Below are positions 49,891 to 63,251 of a stretch of DNA of 64,000 bases, piece after piece (position 1 is the first letter of the stretch; the number at the start of each line of letters is the position of its first letter). The stretch lies in NCBI RefSeq assembly GCF_018350175.1, contig NC_058368.1, forward strand, positions 90,088,001 through 90,152,000. Reading direction: 5' to 3'. The stretch comes from Felis catus. Taxonomy: Eukaryota. The notes beneath the pieces are model-generated. The model made no database searches. It saw nothing but the letters and a program-made list of their open reading frames with translations, and was not told where the DNA came from. Both the position numbers and the translations under genes were made by a program.

Positions 49891-52722
49891 CAATATATCT
49901 AGGACAGAAAGCACTGTGTCACAGGCTGGGCCCATGGCCAGCCTTACCAGGCAATGCCCGTTCGTGCTACCGGCAGGGAGGCATTCTTGCTTCACACCCT
50001 CACTGACACGTGAAACTGTCCCACCTTTTTTTTTTTTTTAATGCTTATTTATTTATTTTTGACAGAGACAGAAAGAGAAATCAGGGGAGGGGCAGAGAGA
50101 GAGGGACACAGAGAACCCCAAGCAGGCTCCCTGCTGTCAGTGCAGAGCCCAATGTGGGATTCGAAACTACAAGTTGTGAGATCATGACCTGAGCTGAAAC
50201 CAAGAGTCGGATGCTTAACTGGCTGAGCCACCCAGGCGCCCCTAAAATTGTCAGACTTTTAAATGTCAAGCTATTAAGCGGAACATCTTTTCATGTGTTT
50301 TGGACATTCTTGTTTTCTATGAAATGCCAGTTTCCTTTTGGTGATTTGGCTTTTTCTTAAGGATTATCAAGAGCTTTTTTTTTTTAAATAAGTTGTTTTG
50401 TTTTTGTTTTTTTTAAATATGTAGTAGGTGATTATTTTTTGTCAGTTAGGTTTTGGGGAGGTAGTAAAGAAATCCCTCCCTACTCCCTACCCAGGTCATG
50501 AAGATAATCTCCAATGTTTTCCTCTAGAAGTTTTAAAACTTTTGCCCCTCACATTTAAGTCTTGGATTTGAAATTCACTCTGTGGCTGTGGATTGAGGTG
50601 GGGATCCATGTTCATGGTTTTCCACACAAATAGGAATTGTTCCTACACCATAATTTATGGATTGCCTTGCCCACCAATATGCCCAGACAGTTCTGTCACT
50701 ATCGTGTGTCAGGTTTCCACACACGTGTAGATCCGTTCCTGGACTGTCTCTTCTGTTTCCCTGGTCAATTTTTCTATCTCTGTGTCAATATACACAGTCT
50801 TCATTTTTTTTTTTAATTTTTTTAACATTTATTTATTTTTGAGACAGAGAGAGAGCATGAACAGGGGAGGGTCAGAGAAAGAGGGACACACAGAATCTGA
50901 AACAGGCTGCAGGCTCTGAGCTGTCAGCACAGAGCCCGACGCGGGGCTCAAACCCACAGACCATGAGATCATGACCTGGGCTGAAGTCGGACGCTTAACC
51001 TACTGAGCCACCCAGGCGCCCCTACATAGTCTTCATTTTTATAGTTGTATGATCAGTCTCGCTGTCTAGTCAAGTAAATTCTCCTGTTCTTCTTTAGGGG
51101 TGGCTTGGCTGTTCTTGACCCTTTGCTTTTCTTTTTTCTTTTTTTAAGTTTTATTTATTTATTTTGAGAGAGTGTGTGTGTGCATACATGCAAGTGGGAG
51201 AGGGGCAGAGAGAGAGGGAGAGAATCCCAAGCAGACTCTGCACTGTCAGCAGAGCCCGACATGGGGGCTTGAACTCAAACTGAGAGATCATGACCTGAGC
51301 TGAAATCAAGAGTCGGGTGCTTAACCGACGGAGCCACCCAGGTGCCCTTGCCTTCTGTTTTTCTGTTTGACTTTTTACATCCTTTGTCAAATTCAATGAA
51401 AAATCCTACTGTGATTTTGTTAAGATATATGACATGTGGGCCAGTTTGGGAAGAATTATCATCTTCATGATAATAAGTCCTCCAATCCATACAAATGGTG
51501 GGTCCCTCCATTTACTTAGATCTACTCTGTAATACCTTTTTTTTTTTAATTTTTATTTATTTTTGAGAGAGAGACAGAACATGAGTGGGGAAGGGGCAGA
51601 GAAAGGGAGACACAGAATCTGAAGCAGGCTCCAGGCTCTGAGCTGTCAGCACAGAGCCCGACGCGGGACTCAAACCTATGAGCCATGAGATCATGACCTG
51701 AGCCAAAGACGGATGCTTAAACTACTGAGCCCCTCAGGCACCCCTCTGTAATACCTTTCTAATGCTTTATAACTTTCTCCATAAAAATATTAAACAGATT
51801 TTGTTAGACTTTTTTCCTCTGAGTACTTTATGCATATTTTTTTATCATTTATTTTTGAGAGACAGAGAGCATGAGCAGGGGAGGGGCAGAGGGAGAGGGA
51901 GAAAGAGAATCCCAAGCAGGCTCTGCAGTGTCAGCACAGAGCCCGACATGGGGCTTGAACTCACAAACCAGAGATCATGACCCGAGCCGAAGTTGGACGC
52001 TTAACCAACTGAGTCACCCAGGCACCACTCCAATCCTTATTCTTTTTATTTCTATGGTAGCCATACAAAGAATCCTCACTGATAGGAAATGGACATGACA
52101 GACGGATCCTAGTTTTTAAAACTCTGAAATGTTGGGATTATTAGTTACTGCAGAATAGCCCTGCTAATTCTGACTAATAAGAATTTCTCTTTCTTGCTTA
52201 TTATGCTAACTAGGACCTCTGGTAAAATGCTAAATAGAAGTGTTGCTACCCGGCATCCTTCTTTTGTCCTGATTTTAAACAGAATGCTTTTAACAGGTCA
52301 CAATAGAGTATGGTGTTTACTATAAGATCATTTTTTTAGATGTCCCTTATCAGCTTAAGGCAGTATCCTGGTCCTACTTGGCAGAAAGTTCTTATCATGA
52401 ATGGTTGTTGTATTTTATTGACTACTCTTTCTTTTTTTTTTTTAATGTTTTTTAAGTTTATTTATTTATTTTGAGAGAGACACAGAGAACATGAGCTGGG
52501 GAGGGGCAGAGAGGAAAGAGAGAATCCCAAGTAGGCTCTGCAGAGCCAGTGCAGAGCCTGACGGGCTTGAACTCACAAAACCGTGAGATCATGACCTGAG
52601 CCGAAATTAAAGAGTCAGACGCTTAACCGACTGAGCCACCCAGGTGCCCCTCTCAACTACTTTTTCTGGATCGATTGACCCTAGGTTCTCTTCTCTTTTA
52701 AACTGTTAAGTGATTATTTATA

Positions 52723-53169
52723 CAGTAGGCTCCCTCTTTATCCACAGGGTATATACTCCAAAACCCCAGATGCCTGAAACCACGGATGGTACTGAACTCT
52801 ATACTATGTTTTTTCCTACACATACATACTTATAATGAAGTTTATAAATCAGGGACAGTAAGAGATAACAACTAATAATCAAATAGATCAATTATAATAA
52901 CTTACTATAACAAAAGTTGTGTGAATGTGGCCTCTTTCTCTCAAAATATCTTATTACACTGCACTCACCCTTCTTGTGATGATGTGAGATGATAAAATGC
53001 CTAGGTGAGGAGATGAAGGGAGGTGAATGATGTAGGCCCAATGACGTGGTGTTAGGCTGCTGCTGACCTTATGTCAGAAGGAGGATCATCTTGCTTCCAG
53101 ACCTTGCTCAATGGCAGGTAATTGAAACCACAGAAAACAAACCACAGATAAGGGGGGAACTACTTACTG
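52723..53169. mobile_element. MER44B-like TcMar-Tigger MITE
   Basis: TIRs cagtagg...ttatccac / acagataaggggggaactac...tg; TA on both sides. Confidence 0.8.
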
Positions 53170-54681
53170 TATTAGTCGTTTTTTTTCCAATGTGGAGCCC
53201 CCCCCCCTTGCATTTCTGGGATATATGAAATCGGGTCGTGATCGTTATCTTTTTTGTACATCCTAAGATTCCGTTTGCTCTTGTTTTGTTTAGGATTTTT
53301 GCAGCTATAATCATGAGACGGTCTTATTTTCCTGCCTGCCCCTCTTCTTTTCTAGTCTTTATTTTCTCTTTCCCTGTTCTCTCTTCTGTATAAAAGACTG
53401 AATTTCCTCCTCCTGGATCATTGGGCTAGAATTTGCCAGCGAAACCATGTGGGCCTGCTATTTCCATTTAGGGAAGACTTTCATGTACTGATTCAAGATT
53501 TTCCTTGTTTGTTTTAAACAAACAAGTCATACTCACCTCTAATATTCTCTGTATTTACATCCGTCCTTGTTCCGTCATCCCTCTTGCTAAGTGTTCATCA
53601 ATTTTGTTAGTCTTTTCAAATAAAGAGCTTCTAGCTTCCTTGATCCTATGTGTTGCATCTTTCTTTACTATTTCATTTTTTTCTCTAATCTTTATTATTT
53701 CCCTCCATCTACTTTAAAGAAAGTAGAAATCCAAAAATCCAGAAAGCTTTGGATTCTTTCTTTCTTTTTCCTTTTCTAATTATTTTTTATTGTTGGATAT
53801 TCAGCCTGTTGTTATCGTTTCTTCTTCTTTTTTTCTTTTTGAGAGACAGAGCACACGTGTGCAAGCGTGAGTGGGGGAGGGGCAGGGAGAGAGAATCCTA
53901 AACAGGCTTCCTGCTCAGCATGGAACCTGACGCAGGGTTCAATTTCACAACACGAGATCATAACGCAAGCCAAAATCAAGAGTCAGACACCCAACCAGCT
54001 GAGCCACCCAGGAGCCCCTGTTCTAATAAAAGCATGAAAGACTATCCATTTCTTTCTAAATATATTTTTTGTTTGCATCCTCCACATTTTGTTTTTCAAC
54101 ATTTTCGTTCTTGTTTTAATTTCCGCGACGATTTCATCTTTGACCCATAGATTATTTTAAAATGTGTTTTTAGATTTCCGACTATTTGAAAAGAATGCAC
54201 ATTCTCATAGGGTGGAGGGTAGACAGGCTTCCATATCTGTCCATTACTTCAACTATGTAAATTGTGTTGCTCAAATTTATATTTATACTGTCTTGTCTCC
54301 ATAATCTATGGATTACTGCCAATGTGTGAAAATCTTCCACTGTGGCAAGAAGATGTGATTTCTCCCTATAAAGAGGCTTACTTTCTGACTGCATTTGCCT
54401 TCATATTTTGAAGCTATGTTGTTAGGCGCAAGCAAGTTTGGACTTGTGACATACCCTCAATTGATCAAACTTTTACCATTATGTGGTTACCCTTTAATCT
54501 TCTCTGATGCTTTTTGCCCTAGAGTCTTTTATTCCTGCCTTAAAATCTATTTTGTCTAATATTAGTACAGCTATGTGATATTTTTCATATATATTTTTCC
54601 ATTTTTTTAACCTATATCTTTGGATTTGGGGTGTCCCACTTGAAAATAGCAAGTAGCTGGGGTTTTAAAATTACAGCAATT

Positions 54682-55310
54682 GGGACAACTGACTGGCTCA
54701 GTTGATTGAGCATCCAACTCTTGATTTCTTCTGGTCATGGGATCAAGCCCCGAGTCAGGGTCTGCACTGAGTGCAGAGCCTGCTTAAAATTCTGTCTCTC
54801 GGGGCATCTGGGTGGCTCAGTCTGTTAAGGATCCAACTCTTGATTTCAGCTCAGGTCATGATCTCATGGTTCATGGTGGGATTGAGCTCCACATCGGGCT
54901 CTGCACTGACAGCATGGAGCCTGCTTGGAGTTCTCTCTCCTTCTCTCTCTGTGCCCCTCCCCCTCTCAAAATAAACAAACATAAAAAAAAATGATTCTGG
55001 GCACCTGTATGGCTCCATTGGTTAAAGCATCTGATTTCTGCTCAGATCATGATCTCATGGCTCATGAGAGCCCGGTGTGGGACTCTGTGCTGATAGCTCA
55101 GATCAGAGCCTGGAGCCTGCTTTGGATTCTGTGTCTCTGTCTTTCTCAGCCCCTTCCCTGCTCACTCTCTCTCTCTCTCTCAAAAATAAATAAACCAAAA
55201 GAAAAAAATTCTCTCTCTCCCTCTGTCCCTCTCCTCTGCTCATGCACACACACATACACACACACACTCTGAAAAATAAAATAAAGTAAAATAAAATAAT
55301 ATAAAATAAA
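54682..55310 (+). mobile_element. Triple nested Can-SINE
   Basis: Outer element split at aaaattct(g/c)tctctc by two further SINEs; outer TSD aaaat(t/a)acagcaatt. Confidence 0.85.
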
Positions 55311-55685
55311 ATAACAGCAATTATAGTTACTGATATATATGGATCAGGTTTTACCACTTTCTGTGCACCTTTGACTTGTCTTCCCACTTCTTCCCTATCT
55401 TTTTTCCTCTTTTCTTTACTTCTTTTGGATTAATAGATCCCCAATTCTATCTCCCCCTCTACTTATTGAAAGTCACCCTGGCAATTTCAACATGAATATT
55501 GTTGATTCAACTTATTATTGTTAATAAGTTAAGTTAAATCTTTTAAACTTCAGTACATTTATACAGCTGAATATTCCACATCAATTGAAAAATTATGTTT
55601 CCAAAGGGATATTTTATGACACATGAAAAGGTTCATCTGGAAAAATACGGAGCATATACACAGTTATGTGCAGATAGATACATAC

Positions 55686-56468
55686 AGTTGACTCTCATAA
55701 TTTAACATGATTATATCCATGAAGTTGTCATGAACACAGAATTAGCAAATGCCACTGCTCCCAAGGGAAATACAGGGGTAAGTTCCTTGCAAGCCTCCCA
55801 CCACATTTGCATCGACCAGCCAATACATAACCTTGCATTGTGCGTGTTTCTGTTCAAAGACACCGTATTTAACGTATATTGTTCTTCCAATAACATTGAA
55901 CTCATGATTCATGTCTGAGTGCAGCTTACCTAACATATATTTTCTCGTTAGGGCACATCACAACCTTCATGTGCTCAGGAACTGCAGCACTGTGCTTGGA
56001 GCCACGTTAAGCAGGGAACTCACCATCACACTGAACAGACCACAAAAAAAAAAAAAGGACAGTTTCTTCACAGTAGGGGAGCTGAAACGAGAAGGCAGGG
56101 TGTCAGCTCAACCTCTGCTGGGAACAAAAAGACACTTTGAGTGACTCAAATATATTTTTTTTAATGTTTATTTGTTTTTCAGAGAGACAGAGAGCATGAG
56201 CAGGGGAGGGGCAGAGAGAGAGGGAGACACAGAATCTGAAGCAGGCTCCAGGCTCTGAGCTGTCAGCACCAAGCCCAATGTGGGGCTCGAACCCATGAAC
56301 CGTGAGATCGTGACCTGAGCCAAAGTCAAATTTTTTGCCACTCTGCACATATCCATGAATGACAGCAAGTGACAGTGACATGAGTAGCGATTTGGGGCTA
56401 CAAATACGTTTTTAGGAAGCAGACAGATTCACAAAGACAGAATCCATGAAAAATGACAATCAGATGTG
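55686..56468 (-). mobile_element. MER82 Tigger-derived element containing a 5'-truncated Can-SINE (56155-56328, -)
   Basis: cagttgactctc... end; gggaaatacaggggtaagttcc, caatacataaccttg and gagtgactcaaat...ttttttgccactctgcac motifs. Confidence 0.8.
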
Positions 56469-56691
56469 GGGGAGCTATGCATATACATATATATATATAT
56501 ATCATATTAACTTACATCTTCGAGTATATAAAAAAAAGACTGGAAGGATACACTTCAAACCATTGGTATTTGTGGATGATTTTGAGGTTTCAATGGTTTC
56601 CAGATTATCTACAATAATGATGAATGAACTGACTCCATGTTCCAAAAGTTATTGACGGAAAGACTGAGTATGATCCTTGTGTCTTTCCCAG

Positions 56692-56781
56692 CCTTGTTTC
56701 AGTGACAAGACCAACAATCTGGAGGCTTATGTGAAATGGTTCAACAGATTGTGCTACCTCGTGGCGACTGAGATCTGCATG
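56692..56781 (+). CDS. RASGEF1C: RASGEF1C coding exon 6
   Basis: tttcccag|CCT; PCFSDKTNNLEAYVKWFNRLCYLVATEICM; ATG|gtgcgt; 90 nt. Confidence 0.95.
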
Positions 56782-58356
56782 GTGCGTAGAAAGCCGGGGG
56801 GTATGACCTGGCTTAGCCAAAGGTGGTGGGGGTTGGGGGAGCCCACCTGGGAGGGAACCAGAAGGGCCTCTTGAGCTTGTCCGTGTCCAAACCCGGGACC
56901 AAGCTGGGCACCTCTCTGGGACACCAGGTGTCACCACCCAGCTTGCCTACCGTGACATTTCTCTCTGGATGGAGCCTGGCATGGATCCACTGGACTCTGA
57001 CAGAGAGTGTCAGAGATGGCTTGCTGAAGGAGTCAGATCTGCCAAGTGGTCCCACCCCCATCTCTTCCTATCTGCCTTGGGTGGCGTGGCCTGCCCTGCT
57101 GCCACACTGTGTTTGGCTCTCTCAGGATTTAGAGTAGAAATGCCTCAACCTTTTAAGAACTGGGAGATTGTACATGCAAAGCCCAGGTCTCCAGCTTCTC
57201 CCAGAAGGCAGGAAGACATCAATACTGAGCCAGGTGCCCTTGTCACCAAGTCACGGTCCCTCAGGGCCAGACCCTGCCCACCCTCTTCTCTTCCTTAGAG
57301 TGGAGGAACCTCCTCCAAGCCCTCTGTCACCATCAGGTGAGGCCCTGGGGCCACTTGTGTCAGGGAAGGAAAGACTGAAGGCAACACAGGTGCTAGGTGG
57401 GGCTCTCTGAAAGCAAATGCTGAGATGGAAACTGGGGTAAGGGGCAGAGAAAGGGGCAGAGGCAGGCCTGCTCAGAAGGAGAAGCTGGTCTGCGATGCCT
57501 CAGCCTTGGGAGTGCTTCCTGTTGGGCACCCACAGCGGGCTGAAATGCCTGGCCTCCATCCCCGCCAGGCTCAGCCATCTCCACCACTGTACAGACACCC
57601 CGACAGGGACAGGAAGGACCTCAGGTGGGAGGCTTTCTGAACGGGGTTTGGGCAGCAGGTCTCATGCTTCCTTGTGGCAGTAAAGACCACTGCCACACGT
57701 AAGAGCAAGACGGCAAAATCTATATGGAAAGAACACAGGGTAGGGTTCCATGGGGCCCATCTGCTTCCTGCATTTGCATCACTGGCCTGGCAGCTCAGGT
57801 GGCGGTTTTTACATAGGCAAAGCTGGACTGAGCCCTCCCAGGAGTCAGGCAGTGCCTCAGTCTAGGACGGCGCAGGGGATGACATTGTTTGGAGCCATCA
57901 GAGAAGTCAGGGTCCCAAGCACTTGGCCACAAGCTGGAGGTGAAGTCATGCAGTCATTCAACAGGAAGCAGTGGAGGGGCCACTCTGGGGACAGGGCCAG
58001 GGTCCGTGCAGCCCCAGTGTGGAGAGAGCAAGATCAATGCACGGGGGACAGGTGAGGGAGCCAGGGAGGATGCTGGAGCTGGACCTGGAGGGAGGAGCAG
58101 TGTCTTGGAGGGAGAGCCCCTCAGCACTCTGGATGCCCCATGGAGTCCCGTCAGACCCCCTCCCCCACAGCCCTTCATGGTGGTGGGCTCTGCTGGCTCT
58201 GCCGAGGACGTGCAGAGACCCTGAGCTCTCTGGCTGCAGACTACCCAGCATCAAGCGTCTCCACCGTGAACTGGGTTGAGAGAATGTTGATGAGGGACTG
58301 CCCTAGTGATGGGGTGGGGCTGTGTCACCACTAAGGCTCAGATGCCTTGTCCCCAG

Positions 58357-58459
58357 CCGGCCAAGAAGAAACAGAGGGCCCAGGTGGTGGAGTTCTTCAT
58401 TGACGTGGCCCGTGAGTGCTTCAACATTGGCAACTTCAACTCTCTGATGGCCATTATCT
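58357..58459 (+). CDS. RASGEF1C: RASGEF1C coding exon 7 (CDC25 domain)
   Basis: gtccccag|CCG; PAKKKQRAQVVEFFIDVARECFNIGNFNSLMAII+T; |gtgagt; 103 nt, ends in phase 1. Confidence 0.96.
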
Positions 58460-58945
58460 GTGAGTAGGCCAGCCGGCCCGGTCCCCGTGGGAGCGCCCCC
58501 AGAGGCACATGCAGACAGGCCAAGGGTGGGGTGCGGGGGGGGGAAACCAGGGCCCTCCTCTGAGCAAGGTTGGTGCTGCTGAGCCCATACTCCCCTGCCC
58601 CAGAGGTCCTAGAGACTTGACCCCCCCCCCCTTGAGGCCTTCCTTGCCAGGGTGTTTGGCTGGACAGTGTGTCCCCAGAACCAGGGACAGCAGGGGCCCA
58701 AACCAGACCCTGGTCATGGTGTGGGGCCAGTTTGGCGGGGACTGAGACAGTGGCCTGCACACATGGGCCGGTTCGCCCAGACACAGTGTCCCCAGCACCC
58801 ATACACCACCATCGGGCCGTCTGCAGAGGCCTCAACCTTGGTTCAGGCGGCCAACTGGGACCACCCCCCAGGCCTCCCGCCCTAGGGAATTAAGCAGACT
58901 GTGCAGCCCAGAGACGCTCCCCTAGCTCGACCCTCCCTCTTCCAG

Positions 58946-59025
58946 CCGGCATGAACATGAGCCCTGTCTCCAGGCTGAAGAAGACCTGGGCCAAAGTGAA
59001 GACAGCCAAGTTTTTCATCCTTGAG
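58946..59025 (+). CDS. RASGEF1C: RASGEF1C coding exon 8
   Basis: cttccag|CC GGC; (S)GMNMSPVSRLKKTWAKVKTAKFFILE; GAG|gtaagc; 80 nt, restores phase 0. Confidence 0.96.
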
Positions 59026-59108
59026 GTAAGCAAGGCTGCCGGGTTGCCGGCTGGAACTGGCCGACCCTGGGATGCAGCTCCCCCACATGCTTCCCTGTCT
59101 CCTTCCAG

Positions 59109-59204
59109 CACCAGATGGACCCGACAGGGAATTTCTGCAACTACAGGACAGCCCTGCGGGGGGCAGCCCACCGCTCCCTGACGGCCCACAGCAGCCGGGA
59201 GAAG
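59109..59204 (+). CDS. RASGEF1C: RASGEF1C coding exon 9
   Basis: ccttccag|CAC; HQMDPTGNFCNYRTALRGAAHRSLTAHSSREK; AAG|gtaggt; 96 nt. Confidence 0.95.
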
Positions 59205-60459
59205 GTAGGTCAGAGGCTTGCCTGGCCTTTAGAGCTCCTCCCTACTCCTTCCTACTCCCTACCTTGGCCTAGATGGGTTGTATCAGAGAGCCTCTATGCC
59301 GACTCCAACGTCACAGGCTCCAACCCCTGCCCTTCTACAGCATCTGTATAGGCAGCCATGTTCCTTCTTTGCCTCCAATTTGGGGAACTCACCACCTTAC
59401 AGACAGATCAGCCCATGCTCACGCAGCTCTAGCTGGTAGGAAGTGTTCCCTTATGGGGCTGGGGTTGTCCTCTCCGGAGGACCATGCAGAATGAGGCTGC
59501 TCCCTCTTCTACCCACCAGTCCTTCGGCGCCCCCGGGTCCCCTTCCCCTCCCTCCTAAGTCAACAACCCAGGTCTGCCCCGCCATACTCGGTCTCCAGTC
59601 CACTCCCCACTTGGATCTCTTTGGTCCCTGAAGAGTGTGACTTGTCAGAGTCCCTTCTGTTTCAGATCAAATTGTTTACAAGTACATAGGGTCTTACACC
59701 TCCTTACTCTAAACGCAATACCTTCATTGATATAGCTTCAGATCACATTCACGGTTTTGGCAATGACTGAACCAAGCTTCTCGCTCACTAGAGCTGCCTT
59801 TTCACAGGCTCTGTTCTTATACATTTGCATTTGGGGGCCTCGTTGACCCTGATCAATTGTATTTGTCTCCCAAATTCTCCTGGTGGCCTCCAATATAAGA
59901 AACTGGGCCCTGGGATTGAGGGGAACCTCTGGCTTAAAACCTGTCACCAGCCCGATGATTAGAGTTATCATATCCATGGGGAAGAAACACCAAGACCTTT
60001 TCTGCCTGATCTCCTGGCAGGAATATTGGCAGAATTAGGTCTCTGCCATGTTTGTGGAGGTCTGTTTCCAGTTTGAGAACAAGTTGCTGTTCTTGAAATT
60101 CAAAGTCCCTGTGGAATTAGATGAGATGGCTACCAGGGTTTTAAGTCTGGGGAGCAGGCCAAGACCTGCACGTTTGTGCCACCCAGCCGGCCCTCCCAGC
60201 CCTCCACCCCCCACCCAGGGGTGGGGGTGGGTGTTCACATACCCTGGCCCCACTAATGGCTATGTCCTATCCAGCTGGCCTTTCCTATGCAGGCTGTGAG
60301 CCCTTCAGCAGCTCTGGGTCTGAGGAGGGCTGATGCCAGGGAGCAGCATTCAGTGAGACAGAACCTCAAAATCCCAGGCAAGTGAGCCTGTCCCCCAGGA
60401 GCCAGGAAGCTGCAAAACCAGAGTGGCAGGGACAGAGACCTTGCTTCACTGAACACCTA

Positions 60460-60640
60460 CCACGTGAGGACTACTTGACTCTGTCTCTCCCTTCCATTCA
60501 ATTCTGATGACTACTTACCAGGTGGATTCTAGCAGTGCCATTTCCCAGATTAGAAGACTGAGTCTCAGAGAGGAGACCTCACTTGTCCAGTCTCACAGCA
60601 AGTAGGTGGCAAAACCAGGAGTCAGCCTCTCCAGCGCACC
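60460..60640. mobile_element. MIR
   Basis: ccatttcccagattagaagactgagtctcagagagg...cacagcaagtaggtggc. Confidence 0.6.
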
Positions 60641-61009
60641 ACCAGGCCTCGTCTTATTCCCAGAGCTCAGGTGCTGTGTGGCAGTCACAGAGGTCCTCGC
60701 CTGTGGCCCAGGAGTGGGACTGTGGAGTGGGGGCAGATAGAGTTGGCTGCCACCTTTGGTCCAAGATGTCAATTATGGCAGTGGCACTCTGCACTATTTT
60801 TCTTCCATCCGTGCTCACCAGGTGGCTGTGGAGTGGACTGTGATGTCCCGTTCCTGCACTCTGAGCCCCCTTCCAGCTCTGGGGTACGGGGGCTCGAGGT
60901 GGGTGATTTACAGAGCTGTGCCTTTCATTTTGCTGCACTCTCCTCTAACGTCCAAAGAGATATGGATCATCGGCTGGGCCCACAGAAGGTGCTTCATAAA
61001 TGGATAGGA

Positions 61010-61107
61010 GACTGGAAGATGGATGGATGAATGGTTGGATGGATGGAGGGACAAATAGAAAGAAGGAAGGAAGGAAGGAAGGAAGGAAGGAAGGAAGGAA
61101 GGAAGGA
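61010..61107. repeat. (GGAT)n followed by (GGAA)n microsatellite
   Basis: Direct inspection. Confidence 0.95.
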
Positions 61108-61679
61108 TATTTGCTGATGCTCTCGCAGTTCCTCACTGCTACAGCTGAAATTTTGAGGCCAGGAGGTCTCAGTGGTCATGACATTCTATGCTTTCTTCTT
61201 ATCTATAGCTAGTTCCTATCTGCCCCTCTTTCTCCCCATCTCTGTGATGGGGCCCACTCCACACAGGATTCTTTGGCTGACCCCCTATTGCCACCGCTTA
61301 GCTCCAGAAAACAACATCAGTGGGTTGCAGTCAACCCATGGGGGCAGGAAGACCAGCCAGGATGCTAAAGCCTGATAGGATGGTAGCCTGAGCCCATGTG
61401 GGCAGGCAGAAATGGTGAGAAGTTCTCAGAAAATGCTGCCTCTTTGAGGACCAGTTCCAATGTCCACCCTCTAGGAAGCCTGCACTGAGTCCCCGAGGAC
61501 CACTGCCCTTAATCCCCTCCCTGTCTTGGAACATTTCAGGCACATTACAACCCAACACAGCCATCATGCCCCAACCCTGGGCCTGGGGCTCAGCACTGTG
61601 GTGGGCGTAGGGAGATGCACACAGACTGCTCTCCCTCCTGGCACAGTGAGAAAGCAGGCAGGACAGGGGCTAGTCCTTC

Positions 61680-61835
61680 CTCTGCTACTTACTGCTGTGT
61701 GAGCTTGTATGAGTTGCTTAACCTCTCTGGGTCTCGACTTCCTTGTCTGTAAGTTAGGGTAATAGAACCCTGCATCTCGGAACTTGCTGAGATGAAACTC
61801 GATCCCCATGCATGTATAGCTTGGCACAACGGAGC
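61680..61835. mobile_element. MIR
   Basis: ctgctacttactgctgtgtgagctt...ttaacctctctgggtctc...tctgtaagttagggtaatag. Confidence 0.7.
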
Positions 61836-62050
61836 ACTCAGGCCGGCCACCAATGCCCCTGTGACAAAGGTATGAGTGGAGGGCTCTTTAGGGGCCCAAA
61901 TGGGAATTAAACCCAGCCTATAGGTAGCAAAGACTTCAGGGAAAAGGCTCCACTACACTGGATGTGTCTGACACACCCTCACTCTTCTCCAAGCCCCAGC
62001 ACCTAGCACAGTGAAGACCTGAGCAAATGTCTGAGGAGTTGACATAAATC

Positions 62051-62160
62051 TAAGGTGACCAGTTTGTCCCAGTTTCCCTGGGATGGCTCCACTTTTAGCA
62101 CTGAAACTGTATCTCGTGTAACCCCTCAGCCCTGGACAAACCAGGCAATTCATCTCCCTG
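62051..62160. mobile_element. MER94-like MITE
   Basis: taaggtgacc...ttttagcactgaaa...ctccctg; flanked by a taaatc repeat (remnant hAT TSD). Confidence 0.65.
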
Positions 62161-62445
62161 CTAAATCTGGCTCTGGTCCCAGCCTCAGCATTCACTCACT
62201 TGGGTGACCTTGGGCCAGGCCCTGCCACTGTGTGGGCCTCAGTTTCCCATCTTCCTTGACCCACTGAGCCATCCATGCATCTGTACTGTGCAGAGTGGTC
62301 ATACCCAGGTCCTGATCTCAAAGCCTTTATCAACTTAGATAAAGGGTTAGCCAGAAATGTCAGGTCCCAAGGGTGATGGGTTGAAGGCCGCTCCTGGCTG
62401 GACTGGCAGCACATGCCCAGCTCTGGAACCTGAGGGCACAGCAGG

Positions 62446-63251
62446 TGTGTTAGTTCCCTGGGAACTGGCTTAGAACAACAGAAATGTTGGGGCGCCTGGG
62501 TGGCGCAGTTGGTTAAGCATCTGAATTGATCTCAGCTCAGGTCTTGATTTGGGGGTCATGAGTTCAAGCCCTTGTGTTGGGCTCCGCACTGGGTGTGAAG
62601 CCTACTTAAAAATGAAAAAAGAACAGGGGCACCTGAGTGGCTTAGTTGGTTGGGTGTCCAACTTCGGTTCAGGTCAGGATCTCACGGCTCATGAGTTCCA
62701 GCCCCGCGTTGGGCTCTATGCTGACACCTCAGAGCCTGGAGCCTGCTTCGGATTCTGTCTCTGTCTGTCTCTGTACCTTCCCCACTCACGGTCTGTCTCT
62801 CTTTCTCAAAAACATAAACATTTATAAATGTTACATATAAATGTATAAACATTAAAAAATTATAAAAAGAAAAGAACAACAGAAATGTATTGTCTCCCCA
62901 TTCTAGAGGCCAGATGCCAAAATCAAGGTAGTCTGGGTCGTGCTCCCTCCAAAGGGGGCATCCTTCTTTGCCTTTCCCAGCTTCTGATGGCCCTGGGTGT
63001 TCCTTGGCCAGTGGCCAAATCACTCCCATCTCTGCCTCTGTCTTCACATGGCTCTCCTTCCTGTGTGTGTCCAAATTTCCCTCTTTTCACAAGGACGTCA
63101 GTCACTGGAGGAGAGCTCATTCTGTCCGGTATGACCTCCTCTTAACTCGATTCCATCTGCAAAGACTATCTCCAAATTAGGTCCCATTCACAGTCACCAG
63201 GGTTTAGGACTCAAATATATCTTTTGGGGGGACACAGTCCAACCCACTGCA
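62446..63251 (-). mobile_element. MLT1B/MLT1A-like LTR interrupted by two Can-SINEs (62489-62625, 62626-62870, +)
   Basis: aacaacagaaatgtatt...ctctgcctctgtcttcacatgg...catctgcaaagacta...ggggacacagtccaaccc; SINE TSD agaacaacagaaatgt at 62472 and 62873. Confidence 0.85.

Larger units (their letters stand above)
49895..55480 (-). mobile_element. Degenerate antisense L1M ORF2/3' block densely interrupted by Can-SINEs (50025-50242, 50805-51022, 51130-51347, 51537-51744, 51838-52028, 52432-52650, 53825-54018, all -)
   Basis: T-rich L1 motifs (ctctagaagtttta, aatagaagtg, aaaatctattttgtctaatattag) between SINEs with TSDs. Confidence 0.75.
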
